Positions 26,060 through 37,378 of a DNA stretch of 64,000 bases are shown piece by piece. Positions within the stretch are counted from its first letter, which is position 1. Each line of letters opens with the position of its first letter. The notes under the pieces are model-generated. The model was not told the DNA's origin, made no database searches, and saw nothing but the letters and a program-made list of their open reading frames with translations. The position numbers and the translations under genes are program-made. Location: contig MU057781.1 in the NCBI GenBank assembly GCA_013265495.1, forward strand, positions 746,001 to 810,000, given 5' to 3'. The stretch comes from Vicugna vicugna (Eukaryota).

Positions 26060-27393
26060 TCCTTATTTGGAGATGACGTGCGGACTAAGATGCATCCAGG
26101 TGACAAGCTGACAAGAGGTGGACTTGTGGTGGTTAACTTCACGTCCGCTTGACTGGGCTAAGGGATGCCCAGCTCGCCAGTCAAGCCTGGTTTCTGGGTG
26201 TGCCCGTGAGGTGTTCCTGGCGGAGATTAGTGCACGAGTCAGTAGACTCAGGAAAGGAGGCGGCCCTCCCCGACAGGGTGGGTCCCAGCCAACCCGCGCA
26301 GGGCCTGAAGAGAACGAATCAGCAGAGGAAGAGAGAACTCTCTCCTTCTCGGGCTGGGACGTCCATCTTTCCCTGCTCACGGACATCAGAGCTCCTGGTT
26401 CCTGGTCCTTCAGACTCTGCACTCGCCCCAGCACCCTCCCCACCCACACACCCCTCTCCCCGGTTCCCAGGCCTTAGGCCTCGGGCTGAGAGTTACACCG
26501 CCAGCCCCCACCCCAGTTCCCCACGTGCAGACAGCAGCTCCTGGGGCTTCTCAGCTGCCAGAACCGTGTATCCTCTCATACGTCTACATCTACGCCTGCA
26601 TCTGCATCTACATCTATGTCTACATCTGCATCTACACCTACAGCTGCATCCACACCTAAGTCCACGGCTACATCTACGTATGAATCTATGCCTACATCTC
26701 CATGTACGTCATCTACATCTATATCAACACCTATGTCTACATCTACATCTACATCATGTACATCCATATCTACATCTACACCCACATCAACATCCACATC
26801 TATGTCTACGTCTGCATCTGTATCCACATCTACATGTACGTCTGTTCTACATCTACATCATTTACATCCACATCCACGTCTATGTCTATGTCTACATCTA
26901 TGTCTACATCTGTATCTAGATCTGCATCTACATCTACATCTGTATCTACATCTATGTCATCTACATCTACGTCTACATCTGTATCTACATCCACATCTAC
27001 GTCTACGTCTACATCTGCATCTGTATCTACATCTAAGTCTACGTCTATATCTATGTCATTTACATCCATGTCCATGTCTACGTCCATGTCTACATCTATG
27101 TCTACATCTGTATCTAGATCTGCATCTACATCTATGTCTATATCTACATCTACATTATTTACATCTACATCTATGTCATCTACATCTATATCAACATCTA
27201 CATCTACGTCTACATCTGTATCTACATCTACATCATTTACACCTACATCCACATCTATCTCATCTACATCTGCATCTGCATCTATGTCTGTATCTACACC
27301 TACATCCACATCTATGTCTACATCTATATATCTGTTTGTCTATCCATCTATGTCCTATTGATTCTGTTTCTCTGGAGAACCCTGACTAATACA
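26060..27393 (+). mobile_element. ERVL internal 3' end (PPT) + MLT2 3' LTR (26125-27393)
   Basis: caagctgacaagaggtggact|tgtggtggttaacttcacgtccgcttgactgggctaagggatgcccag ... attctgtttctctggagaaccctgactaataca, the canonical MLT2 terminus. Confidence 0.88.
26576..27352 (+). repeat. Degenerate hexamer microsatellite (TACATC)n and variants, ~770 bp
   Basis: tctacatctacatctatgtctacatctgcatc...; produces HL-, ST-, YI- and DV-repeat ORFs in several frames. Confidence 0.95.
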
Positions 27394-27399
27394 ACAGCC

Positions 27400-28898
27400 C
27401 AAGGAAAGAGCAGACTATCCCCCATCACAGGAGATTTCCATTCTTCTCTCACAGTAGTCCACAGAACAAGCACACACATGCAGAATTACTGACACAGAAG
27501 TCTGGGGAACACTACTACACAACTTGACTGGGCTGACATCTATAGGACGTTGTAACTAACGACTGCATATCACACATTATTTTCAAGTGTGCAAGGAATA
27601 TTCACAGAGATAAGTTATATCCTGGGAGAAAAAAACCCCAAGTTTCAGTAAATTTCAAGGGTTTGAAATCATACAGAATATGTTGTCTGAACACAGAGAA
27701 ATTAAATAAGGCATCAGCAATAAAGATACGCTAAAAGTCTACAAACATTTGGAAATTTAGCAGCTAACTTCTATATGATCCATGGACCAAGTAATAAATC
27801 CTAAGGGAAATTATGAAATATTTAAAACTGAATATTATGAAAACCAACATAATAAAATTGGTGGGATGCAGCTAATTTTAAATGCTTATATGAGAAAAAT
27901 AAGAGAAGTTTAAGATCAGTGATCTAAGCTCTATCTTAAGGAGCTGAAAAAAAGGAGAGTAATTTAAATTCAAGAAAGAAGGAAGGAAAAGACATCAGAG
28001 CAGAAATCCATGAAAGCAATTAATGCTGGGGAAAAATCAACAAAGCAAATTATTGTTCCCTTGCAAAAAATCAATAAAATCGACAGACTTCTGGCATTAC
28101 AGAATAAGAAAAAGGAGCAAGAAAATTGCCATTTCAGAAATGAAAAAGGGGTATCACCACAGAGCCTAGAGACACTAGAAGAGTAATAAAAAGGAGTATT
28201 GTGAAAATTTTGTGCCATAAACTCACAACTCAGATGAAATGGAGAAGTTCTTTGAAGAATACAATTTATCAAAACTGACAGAACAGGAAACGTGAGGGGC
28301 CCATGTATGTAAACAAAATGGAATTTATAATTAAGAACATTCCCCCAAAGCAAACAGCAGGCGCTGAGAGGTCCATATGAGAACAGTAAGCCTGGACTGT
28401 ACATAAACGTTAACTCATAATGGGTCAGAGGCCTAAGTGTAGAAGCCAACACTAAGCACTGGGAGAAAACCGAGGGGACTACCTGCACGGCTTTATTTTA
28501 GGCAAAGAGCTATTGGCTGTGACACCGAACACACGAGCCTGGAAAAACCCTAAACTGGTCTCCACTAACCTCAAAAACTTTTGTGCTTCAAAAGACACCA
28601 TTAAGAAAACAAAAAAACAAGACACAGACTGGGAGGAAATACTGCAAATCATATTTCTGGAGGCCTGTACACAGAATATATAAAGGACTTTTACAACTCG
28701 ATTATAAGAAAACAAGCCACCCAATTAAAAGGTAGACAAAAGCCTTGAATAGACTTCCGACTATTTCATACCAATGGCACATACACACATAAAACTGTGC
28801 TTCCCACCATGAATCATTAGGCAGATGAAAATTCAAACCACAGTGAGTTACTACTATATACTTACTTGAAAGGCCACAATAAAAAAGACAGACAATAC
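27400..28898 (+). mobile_element. L1M ORF2 fragments (endonuclease region onward, deleted)
   Basis: ttttcaagtgtgcaaggaatattcacagagataagttatatcctggga (FSSAHGTF.KIDHILG-like), aaaatcaataaaatcgacagacttctggca, and cttttgtgcttcaaaagacaccattaaga. Confidence 0.85.
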
Positions 28899-29365
28899 TG
28901 TAGCAAAGGAAAAAAAGCTTTTCCTCTATCCTCTTGTACTCAGTTCCTGGGGCATGTGAATTAAACCGACAAAAGACAGAATGACAGGAGAAAATGCTTA
29001 TTTTGTATACACAGCAGGTGGCGGGGGTCACAGAAAAGAAGTGAAAACTCAAAAAGTGATCATATCCAAGAGTTTATATACCATTTCAAAAAAGGGAAAT
29101 AAATTATGGGGAAGTGACAAGACAAAGGAAAAACAGTGTGGGTTTCTAGTGAGGTGAATTGTGGGAAGATAAATACATGGAGAGAACTAATGGAAGGTAA
29201 CGGTTGTTTGGTAAAGTCTGTTACACGACTCAGCTTGACCATCTCCATGGTCAGAGTGGTCGCCTCTTCCTGGCGTGGGGTAAGGGGAACACCTTCAAAG
29301 AAGGAAATGGACGCCCTGCTTCTCAGCAAACGAGGGCCGGAGAGCTCCTCCCACGGGTTTTCCAG
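28899..29365. mobile_element. ERV1-type LTR-like insertion within L1
   Basis: Interrupts the L1 ORF2 C-terminus, starts with TG, and includes gaattaaaccgacaaaagacagaatgacaggagaaaa. Family assignment is uncertain. Confidence 0.5.
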
Positions 29366-29945
29366 GAATTGGCAGAACTGGGATCCTTGTGTTTTGCTGA
29401 TCAGAATGTAAAATGGCACAGCCACTTAGGAAAACAGGTAATTCTTTAAAAATTCAAGCATAAACTTACCAGATGAGCCAGCAATTCCACTCCTAGAAGT
29501 CTGTCCAAAAAAAGAAAAGATGTGGCAACTCAAATACTCGTGCACGAAAAGTCGTAACAATGCTCTTCTTAATATCCCCCAAGTGTAAATAGTCCAACTG
29601 TCCATCAGGGGTGAATGAATAAACCAACAGGACCTCCATGCTGTGGAAAACTACTCAGCAACAGAGAGTGAAATACTGATAACTGCTACTGCACAGATGG
29701 ACCTCAGAATTATCATAGGATGAAAAAAGCCTGATTCCATTGATGTGAAATATCCTGAAGATGCCACAGGGACAGAAAGCAAATCAATGCTTACCTGGGG
29801 CTGGAGGTGAGAAGGAGGAAGGTCAACACTCAGATCTGTGGGGATCTGGCGGGCGAGGGGGATGTGCTGCAGCTGGAGCACGGTGAGGGCTGCACAACTC
29901 GGTCAATTCACTAGAAGCCCTGCCTTGTGGCTTTACAACGGGCTG
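29366..29945 (+). mobile_element. L1M ORF2 C-terminus and 3' UTR (continuation)
   Basis: gaatgtaaaatggcacagccactt...ccagcaattccactcctag...tgtccatcaggggtgaatgaataaac. Confidence 0.8.
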
Positions 29946-30934
29946 TGGTCTTTTGTCTAAGTTTGTCGTAGCCCCACGCTCTTCAGCGTATAATCCACAA
30001 GCTCTGCATTTACCTGCTGGACCTCAGAAGAGGAGACTGCAGACAAGACGGGGTGAAGAGGCTCCACTGGAGGGAGGAGATGCCTGCTCGCTGGGGACCC
30101 CGGAGGGAGCGGCCTTGGGTCACCTTGGCCAATGTCCCAGAAAGTCTGTAGGAGACAAAGCAGCCTTACAGCCAGTTCTTCCCATAAGAACTCTGCATAG
30201 TGACCACCCCAAACTTGGCAGCCACAGTGTCCAGCATCGGCTGTGACTCGAGGTCTGCAGGGCGGCCGTGGTTGGCTCATCTCTGGGACGTGGATTCAGT
30301 GGGGTGGGTCCCATGGGCTCTCATTCTTCTGGGACCACAGGCCACTCATGTGCTTCCCACGTGAACACAAAGCTGCAAGAGCACTCAGGCCTCTGCTCCT
30401 GTCTGTCTGCTGCATCACAGAGGACGTGGACCCAGAGCTCCTGGTGGCTGGGGGCCTGCGGACCAAGGCGAGGCACTGGGGTGGGATGGGCTGGGCGCGC
30501 TGGCTGCCTGGAGGAGCGGGCCTGGGGAGGAGGCCTCACCTGTTGCGGGTCCCCGGCCCCCAGGGAGCAGGTGGGTGGCGGCCACTCAGCCGTGTGCACG
30601 ACGCCTCAGTCTGCAGGCTCTCCCTGGCCACCGGCTCTCAGAGCTCGTGCCCCACCCACATTGGGGCGGACGGCGCTGCCCAAGACAGGCCCCTGAAAGG
30701 ACGCGCTGGCCGCTGTGAGCTGAGCAGGGCGTCTGAGGGCCCAGCCGCTGGTCAAGGACTAAGGCAGGGCCAGGAGCTGCAGTCTGCTTGCCCTGGGGTA
30801 GAACTCTTATCTCTTTTGCAGTTGAATTTTTGCATTCTTATCCTCTGTGACTGGTGAGGTTTCGAATCCTTTTCTTTTTCTTCACATTTGAAAAATAGCT
30901 GGCACTGGAACCTCAGTCCTCCAGCGACTGATGA

Positions 30935-31020
30935 TCGGGCCCCCAGCCCCGCTCTCTCGCTGTGTGGCCCCAGCAAGTCCTTAGCCTCTCTGAGCTTGAG
31001 GTTCCTCATCCATAGCAATC
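30935..31020 (+). mobile_element. MIR SINE core
   Basis: ctgtgtggccccagcaagtccttagcctctctgagcttgaggttcctcatcc. Confidence 0.7.
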
Positions 31021-33244
31021 AGGGTGTGCACCAGGAAATCACCTCCAAAGGGCAGAAAAACAAGGTTCCAAAGTGTCTTGTTATTAGGCAGCTGGGACTC
31101 AGTCTATTGGGCACTTCCTAGGCCTGCTTTTTAAAAATCTCCTCTTTAGAGACATTCTTTTACCCTGAACGAGGCGTGTCTAGTGGAGTCACGCTTAACC
31201 TAAACTATTCGGCCTCCATGAACAACAAGAAGGGAGCACAAGTGCAGCGGGTGCCCTCTGTGTGCAGGCTATCGCCCACGTCCTGTCCTACCCGCCTCAC
31301 AGTGACACGAATTACAGGCTGGGAGAGTTGGGGCCGACGTCTCCAGTGCAGGCTCACGCGAGCGCATCGGGACGCCCACCCAGCTCCCAGAGTGCAGAGC
31401 CCGTGTGTGGTGAACCAGGAGGGGCTGGCCGTGTCCACGTGTGACGTCTGCGGGCTGGTGGCGTGGCACCGCCCCATCCTGTCACCCACCATTGTCGCCC
31501 TCCCCAAACAGATGCAGATTGAAACTCATTGGTCCACCCCTTTTCCCTTGGGCGCACACTGGATTCAGAGCTCTTTACATTTGACACTTTTACCTTTTCT
31601 TGGGAGAACGTCACTCTGGAGCAGGCAGGGAGGTGGCTGTCACCAGCCTGAGCTCCCCTCCAGGCCTGGGGCTGGCTGCGTCTCCACCCCCACACCCCAG
31701 TTCTGACACACAGGAGCCACCAAGCCACCCTCCACAGTGACTGTCCTCTCATGATATCCGGTACACTTTTAAATTGAAAGTGAACCTCAGATCTGCCCAG
31801 GGGGCTTGTCAAGGGTGAAGCCACACGGGGAGGAAGGGTTGGGGGAGAAACCTTGTTTCTGAGGCAGTTCTACACAAACTCTCCTGAAGTCTTTGGAAGA
31901 AAGGTCCAAGCCAATTTCCTGCATCGTCCTGGTTCCTGTGGCTCCAAGTGGGCTGTCATGTCCTCCCTCTCTGACTCCGTCGTGGGGCTATGATGCTGAG
32001 ACAAGACTTGCAGCACCCTGTGTGCTTTCCAGGCCCTGGGAAAGTGCCGTCTGGCTGGGGGAGGCCACCCGCCCGGGAGAGCGTCCAGCAGCAGCTTGTA
32101 AGCGTTGGGTGGGGTATCCATACTGGGCAGCTGGGATATCTGCCCTCCAAGGTCACGGCTGTGGGTCAGTCTCTGCAGGGACCAGTCAGCTGTGTCCCCC
32201 CGATGGACTTCGCCCCGACTCGGCTGGGCAGCCAACACCGGGTGGGGGACAGGTGCTGGAGCCTGGAACAGAGAGGCTGGGTCAGTGCGGACGCTCCGCC
32301 CAGGACAGGGAAGCCTGCCCAGCATGGAGACAAGACCTTGGTGATGTTGTGGGGCCCACTCTGCCCAGCACAGAGCTTCCCCAACTCCTGGGCTAGGTGT
32401 GTGTGTAGTTCTGTGACCAACAGTGCCAGCTTCTGCAGGACAGCCACGTGCTCCACGCATCCCCGTGGGGTCCAGCCTGGGCTCCCGATGTCCAGTTTGC
32501 TGCAGGTTCATCTGTCCTCACTGCTGCACCTTCCCTTCCAGACTACCTGCTCCGCACACTTCCAGCTGTGGCGTCAGGCACAGGGTAGCAGCCTTCAGAC
32601 TACCCAACCAGCCCCGCAACCGCAGGCCAAACCCCTTAACCGTGGCATCCCCCAGTGGCTCCGCGCCTGACTGATACAGACTTGAGGAGGGGACCCAGAC
32701 CCAGAGAGAAATCCTGATTGGTTCGAGCCCTGGTGGTGGTCTCCTTTCCCTTCGGGCCACTGACTGGTCTAGGTAACGTAACCGAAGCAATTCTGGCCAG
32801 TTCACAGAGGCAATTATTGGGAGTGGGGGCGGGGGCGGGGGGTGCTTCTGGGAAGGATGCGTCCGTCTCCCTCCGGGCGATGGGTGTCCGTGCGAGGACG
32901 GCAACTGGGACAGCCGTCCGTGACCCCAAGAGGAAGTAGAGCTGCTGCTGCATACGGGAAGATAAAAAAACGGGAAGGGCTTTCAAGTTCTTGACGCCGG
33001 CGGATAACCTGAAATTCGAGCTTTCTCGTGTGAAAGCCGCGGTCCCCCGAACGGTCCACCGGCCCCCGCCGCGCCCTCCTCGCGCATCCTGACTCTCCGG
33101 GCTTCAGCACACATGACCCCTTGGTCCGGGACGCTCCAACCGCTGTGTGTGTCCCTGACTACCCGGCGGAGGAGGTCGCGGGCAGCGGGCCAGCGCTGGG
33201 GACCGGGCGGGGCTCCGCAGCCGGACGAGTGGACAAGGGCCGCG

Positions 33245-33256
33245 TGCGCATGCGCG
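33245..33256. promoter_or_regulatory. NRF1 binding motif
   Basis: TGCGCATGCGCG, an 11/12 match to the TGCGCATGCGCA palindrome, inside the promoter CpG island. Confidence 0.75.
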
Positions 33257-33330
33257 CCACACGCCACGCGAGCCCCGCGGCTGCGCGCCTCCCGCGCGGC
33301 TTGGCGCCTGCGGGCCCCCGTAGGCTGGGC

Positions 33331-33344
33331 GTTTCCATAGCGAC
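33331..33344. promoter_or_regulatory. RFX X-box
   Basis: GTTTCCATAGCGAC resembles the X-box GTTNCCATRGCAAC and lies just upstream of the first LRRC27 donor. Confidence 0.65.
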
Positions 33345-33427
33345 CGCGTGGGCCTGGCGGCCTCCATTGTTGCGCCGCGGCTCTCGGCTGGCGGGGCTTG
33401 CTGCCGGGCTGGTGGGCAGGCGCGCAG
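33345..33427 (+). other. LRRC27: LRRC27 non-coding exon 1 (5' end approximate)
   Basis: Strong donor CAG|GTGAGG at 33427/33428 in the CpG island. A second identical donor lies at 33503/33504. The TSS cannot be fixed from sequence alone. Confidence 0.55.
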
Positions 33428-34689
33428 GTGAGGCGGGGCCGGGGCGCGCGTCGGGAGCGGAGAGGCTGGGGGCGCCGGGGCGTGGGGGACGGGGGCGCCG
33501 CAGGTGAGGCCGGGGAGTCGCGGGGGGATGGGGGTCCCCGGAACGCAGCCTGAGACGCGGGGGGAGCCGGACCTGGGGGCAGGGGCGCCGCGGGTTTGCT
33601 CCAGGCCGGCCCCTGCGGCGGGGAGACGAGGCCGGGCGCCCGGGGCCTGAGCAGCCGGCGCCACCCGCCCTGCCGGTCTTTAGGTCCTGCCGTTTGGCTC
33701 GCGGTTCTAAGACACTCTCCCTGTTCAGAGGTTTGTGGGAGGCTGAAGCCTCCCTGCCACCTGGTTCACAGAAAAGGACCCACTTGGGAAAGGCTCGGGG
33801 CCTCCAGGGGGTGCAGGCTGCCTGGGGTGGGACCCGTGGGCTCGCCCCCTCTCGTTAATTGCTTGGCATCTGAGCAGTTCCTTGACTGACCCACACCTCC
33901 TAGTCCCCATCCCTAAAATGGAAGGAAATGCATGCAGCGTGTGTACCAGGTGCTGGCTGTGTCAGTGAGCGGATTGTATGGACGGGTGGAGGCCTCTGAG
34001 CCCTTAACCGGTGCAGCCCTGACCGTCATTGCTGGATGAATTGTTTGGAATGAAACGTGGAAGCGTGCCTCACCAAACGAGGAGAACCAGCTTCGGTTCT
34101 CCAGCTTTGTGTTGAGCAACAGTATTGCCAAACAACTAAAATTCAAGGTTCTAATTTGGCAGATTTTCTCCAGTGCCTAATTGGAGCCGGACCCAGAGCC
34201 GATCACTGAGCCAAAACTGTAAACTGAACTGCAGGACCGGGCCCGGAGCGTGGCGCTGACAGGAATGGCACGGAACCACAGCACAGATGAGACAGTGCAA
34301 GTGTAGGTGCCCCCACTGCACTTCGTGGAGAGGACCTGTTGGCTCGTGGACTTTGAAAGGTTCTGATCTGCTTTTGCCCCTAACGTAGCCATTCCAATTT
34401 TGCATTTGCCAGGAATTTAAAATTAAATCATGCAGCTCTATGGAACAAAGGGAAGAGCAGAACCTTAACATGAAACTCCTTGCGGTCCAGTTTGTTTTAC
34501 GAAAGTCAAATTTGTGATACTGTTTATTAAAAGCAATGGTTTTGTAAGCAAGCAAGACCATTGCCGCCTGTGTGACTGTGCAGTGTCCCTAGTTGTCGCT
34601 GCGTCTCCCCTCCCCTTTGTCTGCAGGTGACTCCAGACCCAGGAGGATGAGCAGTGGTCCCCCGAGGACTGCTTCCTCCTAGCTGACGG

Positions 34690-34896
34690 ATGGAAGGAGG
34701 CAGCCCCTGCGAGCCTCCCTGTTGGGCTGCTGACCCAGAGAGCGGTGTTGGTCACACCAGGCGTGAGCCCACGTCCCCTGCCAGAGACGGTCACAGCCGC
34801 GTCCAGGGGGTCATCTTTTCTTCCTCACCGATTTTAGACTTGAGTCAAAGAGGTCTTCACCACTTAGGAGAGATCTTTAACGTCCCCAGCCTCAAA
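34690..34896 (+). CDS. LRRC27: LRRC27 first coding exon (exon starts at 34627, ATG at 34690)
   Basis: MEGGSPCEPP...[30 protein letters not shown] matches the recalled human MEGSSSYEVP...[30 protein letters not shown]. Acceptor tcccctttgtctgcag at 34626; donor AAA|GTAAGT. Confidence 0.93.
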
Positions 34897-35369
34897 GTAA
34901 GTGGGGCGTTCCTCCAGGCCTGTGCACACTGCCATGTGGACGTGAGCGAAGGCTTGTTTCACTTGTGGGTTTTTTTTTAGGTAGAGAAATTCTAGAATGG
35001 GGCAGAGGGTCATCTTGGGGTTTCCTGCACTGCTCACAACAAAATGAGAAATTCAGGCACAGAAAATGCCTTGTGGGGTCAGATTCCAGTGTCCTGTCTC
35101 GGGAACTTCTGAAGACCAGAAAGCCCACGGTGGAAACTTGCTGGAAACACCCTTGGTCTCTTATTCAAAACACAAGACCCCTAAAAAAATGCAGCATTAA
35201 GACAGTTAAAGGCCATTTCTCACCACGTCTTTGCATATGTCACCTGCTCAGTTCTCCCTTGTGCCCTCGCCGGGTCGGGCCCTCGCCTGCTTGAGACCTA
35301 GTGGGTACCGTCTCGCCTGTGATTTCTAGAATGAAGTTCCGTCGGGGCGCGGCTTTGACAGAGACAGTC

Positions 35370-35510
35370 GGGCTCCCTCCCTGTGCGAGAGTCACGCAGT
35401 TCCCTCAAACCTCGTTTGTCTTTATTTGGAAGATAGGGATGAGGGTATTTCCATGGTTATTGTACGAACTAATGCGTATAAAGCAGTGGCCACAGCACGG
35501 AACACACCCC
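35370..35510 (+). mobile_element. MIR fragment
   Basis: cctcgtttgtctttatttggaagatagggatgaggg...ggttattgtacgaactaatgcgtataaagc. Confidence 0.5.
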
Positions 35511-36461
35511 ACACGTTGCACTGCTGCCCTGTCGAGTGACAAGTATGAGTGGTTTTACAAAAGCCGTGTACTTAGATTTTAAGTGGGTACCTGGTTTACT
35601 AAGCCCGGTCCTGTGCTCCCGCCCCGTCTCGCTGTCCTTTCCTGAGCACTCCCCTGCACAGGTGGTTACCGGTCACCCTGTAACGCGCCACTTGTAATGA
35701 GGCAGATGCTCAGCTCCAAATGCGGAACCCAGCAGGGCTGTGAGGCTCACAGTACCTCAGCCGTAAGGGAGGAAGGGGGAAGCTCCAGAGCCTTCTTCAG
35801 GCTTAGTGAAGAAACTTCATAACTGCTTATGCTTCTCAGAAAACAGAGATGTCAGTATAAATCTTGTTACCATGGCGACAAGTCACCAAGGGAGGCGACC
35901 ACTCAGCCGTGGACTCCAGGGCTTCCGGGTGCACCTGCAGCCAGAGCAGCAGTCTCCCTTAGAATCGCGGAGCACAGGCCCCCACCTTGACGTGGCCTCA
36001 CGGGGCCGAGGAGGAAGGCTGGACTGCCAGATGCAGTCAGACCAGCTCCTCCGTGAGGACCAGTGCCATCTCACTGTTCTGAGATCCCTTTTCTGGGATT
36101 TTGGGGGACCTGTGGCTTCACTGCTGAGCCTGGAGAGAGAGAGAGCAGCCTCGAGGCTGCGCCGCATCCGGAACTGCCACGTCACTTCCCGGTGGCTGCA
36201 CTGGCCGCGAGCAGGGAGCGACGGTGCCCTGGTCCTAGCTGATTCAAGACTGTGTTGTCAGTGGACTTAGGGAGGGTGGCTTCTAGCTGGTGTTCCTCAA
36301 GTTTCTGCTTCAAACTTGGAGGAACTTGGAAGGTGGTGTGGGCAGCAGAGCTGGGAGCCGAGAAGCTGTGACAGCAGAGTGGCAGCCCGGCGGGGCTCTG
36401 CCTGCTCCGTGGTCTTTGCCAGAGCAGTGCTGCTTGCCTGGCACACCCTGCCATGTGGGTC

Positions 36462-36585
36462 CCATGACCCATTTTACCAGCGAGGATGCCAGAGAACAGA
36501 GAGGTCACACAGCCCATAGTTTTCAGACACTGGATTTGAACCCAGGCAGCTTGGCTCCCAGGCCAGGGCTCTTAATGTCTGCGCT
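36462..36585 (-). mobile_element. MIR fragment
   Basis: cccattttaccagcgaggatgccagag...ggatttgaacccaggcagcttggctcc. Confidence 0.65.
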
Positions 36586-37135
36586 CTGCTGCCTGGGTAA
36601 AGACAGACGTACAGATATGTACACATGTACAGTATACATGGTGATGCAGATGTATGCAAACTACCACAGCAGCATCAGAGGAGAGTTTTGTGTCCTCGCG
36701 GCCCTGCTGCACTGACGTGAAATCCCAGCTGTGCATCCTCAGACGGCATCCTGTCCTCTGCCCTTCCTTCCTGTTCTGCCTTCTAATGGTGGGGACCTGG
36801 GCCTGTTGCGTCGGCTCCCCGAAGTGATGGCTCCTGGCCGTTTATCACAGGTGGTGCGTTTCCCAGTCGGGCCGAAGGGCCGCGGACACGAGTGTGGGGC
36901 CAGGAAGGGAAACAGGATTCAAACAGACTCTGGGACTAAGTTTGCTGCTAAAGGATGTTCAGTAGAAAAGGTTGACGTGCTCAGCGGGGGCGTCTGATCC
37001 GCCACCCAGAGAGAAACAGCATGTCCAGTCGGGGGTCCCTCCAGACACCACACCGTGGGGCCTGGCCTCGTCTCCCTGACTCTCCTGTTTCCTGTTTAAA
37101 CGATTCAAGGGTAAATGTTGTGGGTTTGCTTTTAA

Positions 37136-37378
<243 letters not shown>

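Larger units (their letters stand above)
32850..33700. promoter_or_regulatory. CpG island / LRRC27 promoter, probably bidirectional
   Basis: Dense CpG with an NRF1 site TGCGCATGCGCG (33245-33256), an X-box GTTTCCATAGCGAC (33331-33344) and GC boxes; an ATTGG (CCAAT) box lies just upstream at ~32717. Confidence 0.88.

Noticed and set aside
26149..27389. His/Leu-, Ser/Thr- and Asp/Val-repeat 'proteins'
   Set aside because: Translations of a hexamer microsatellite inside an LTR.
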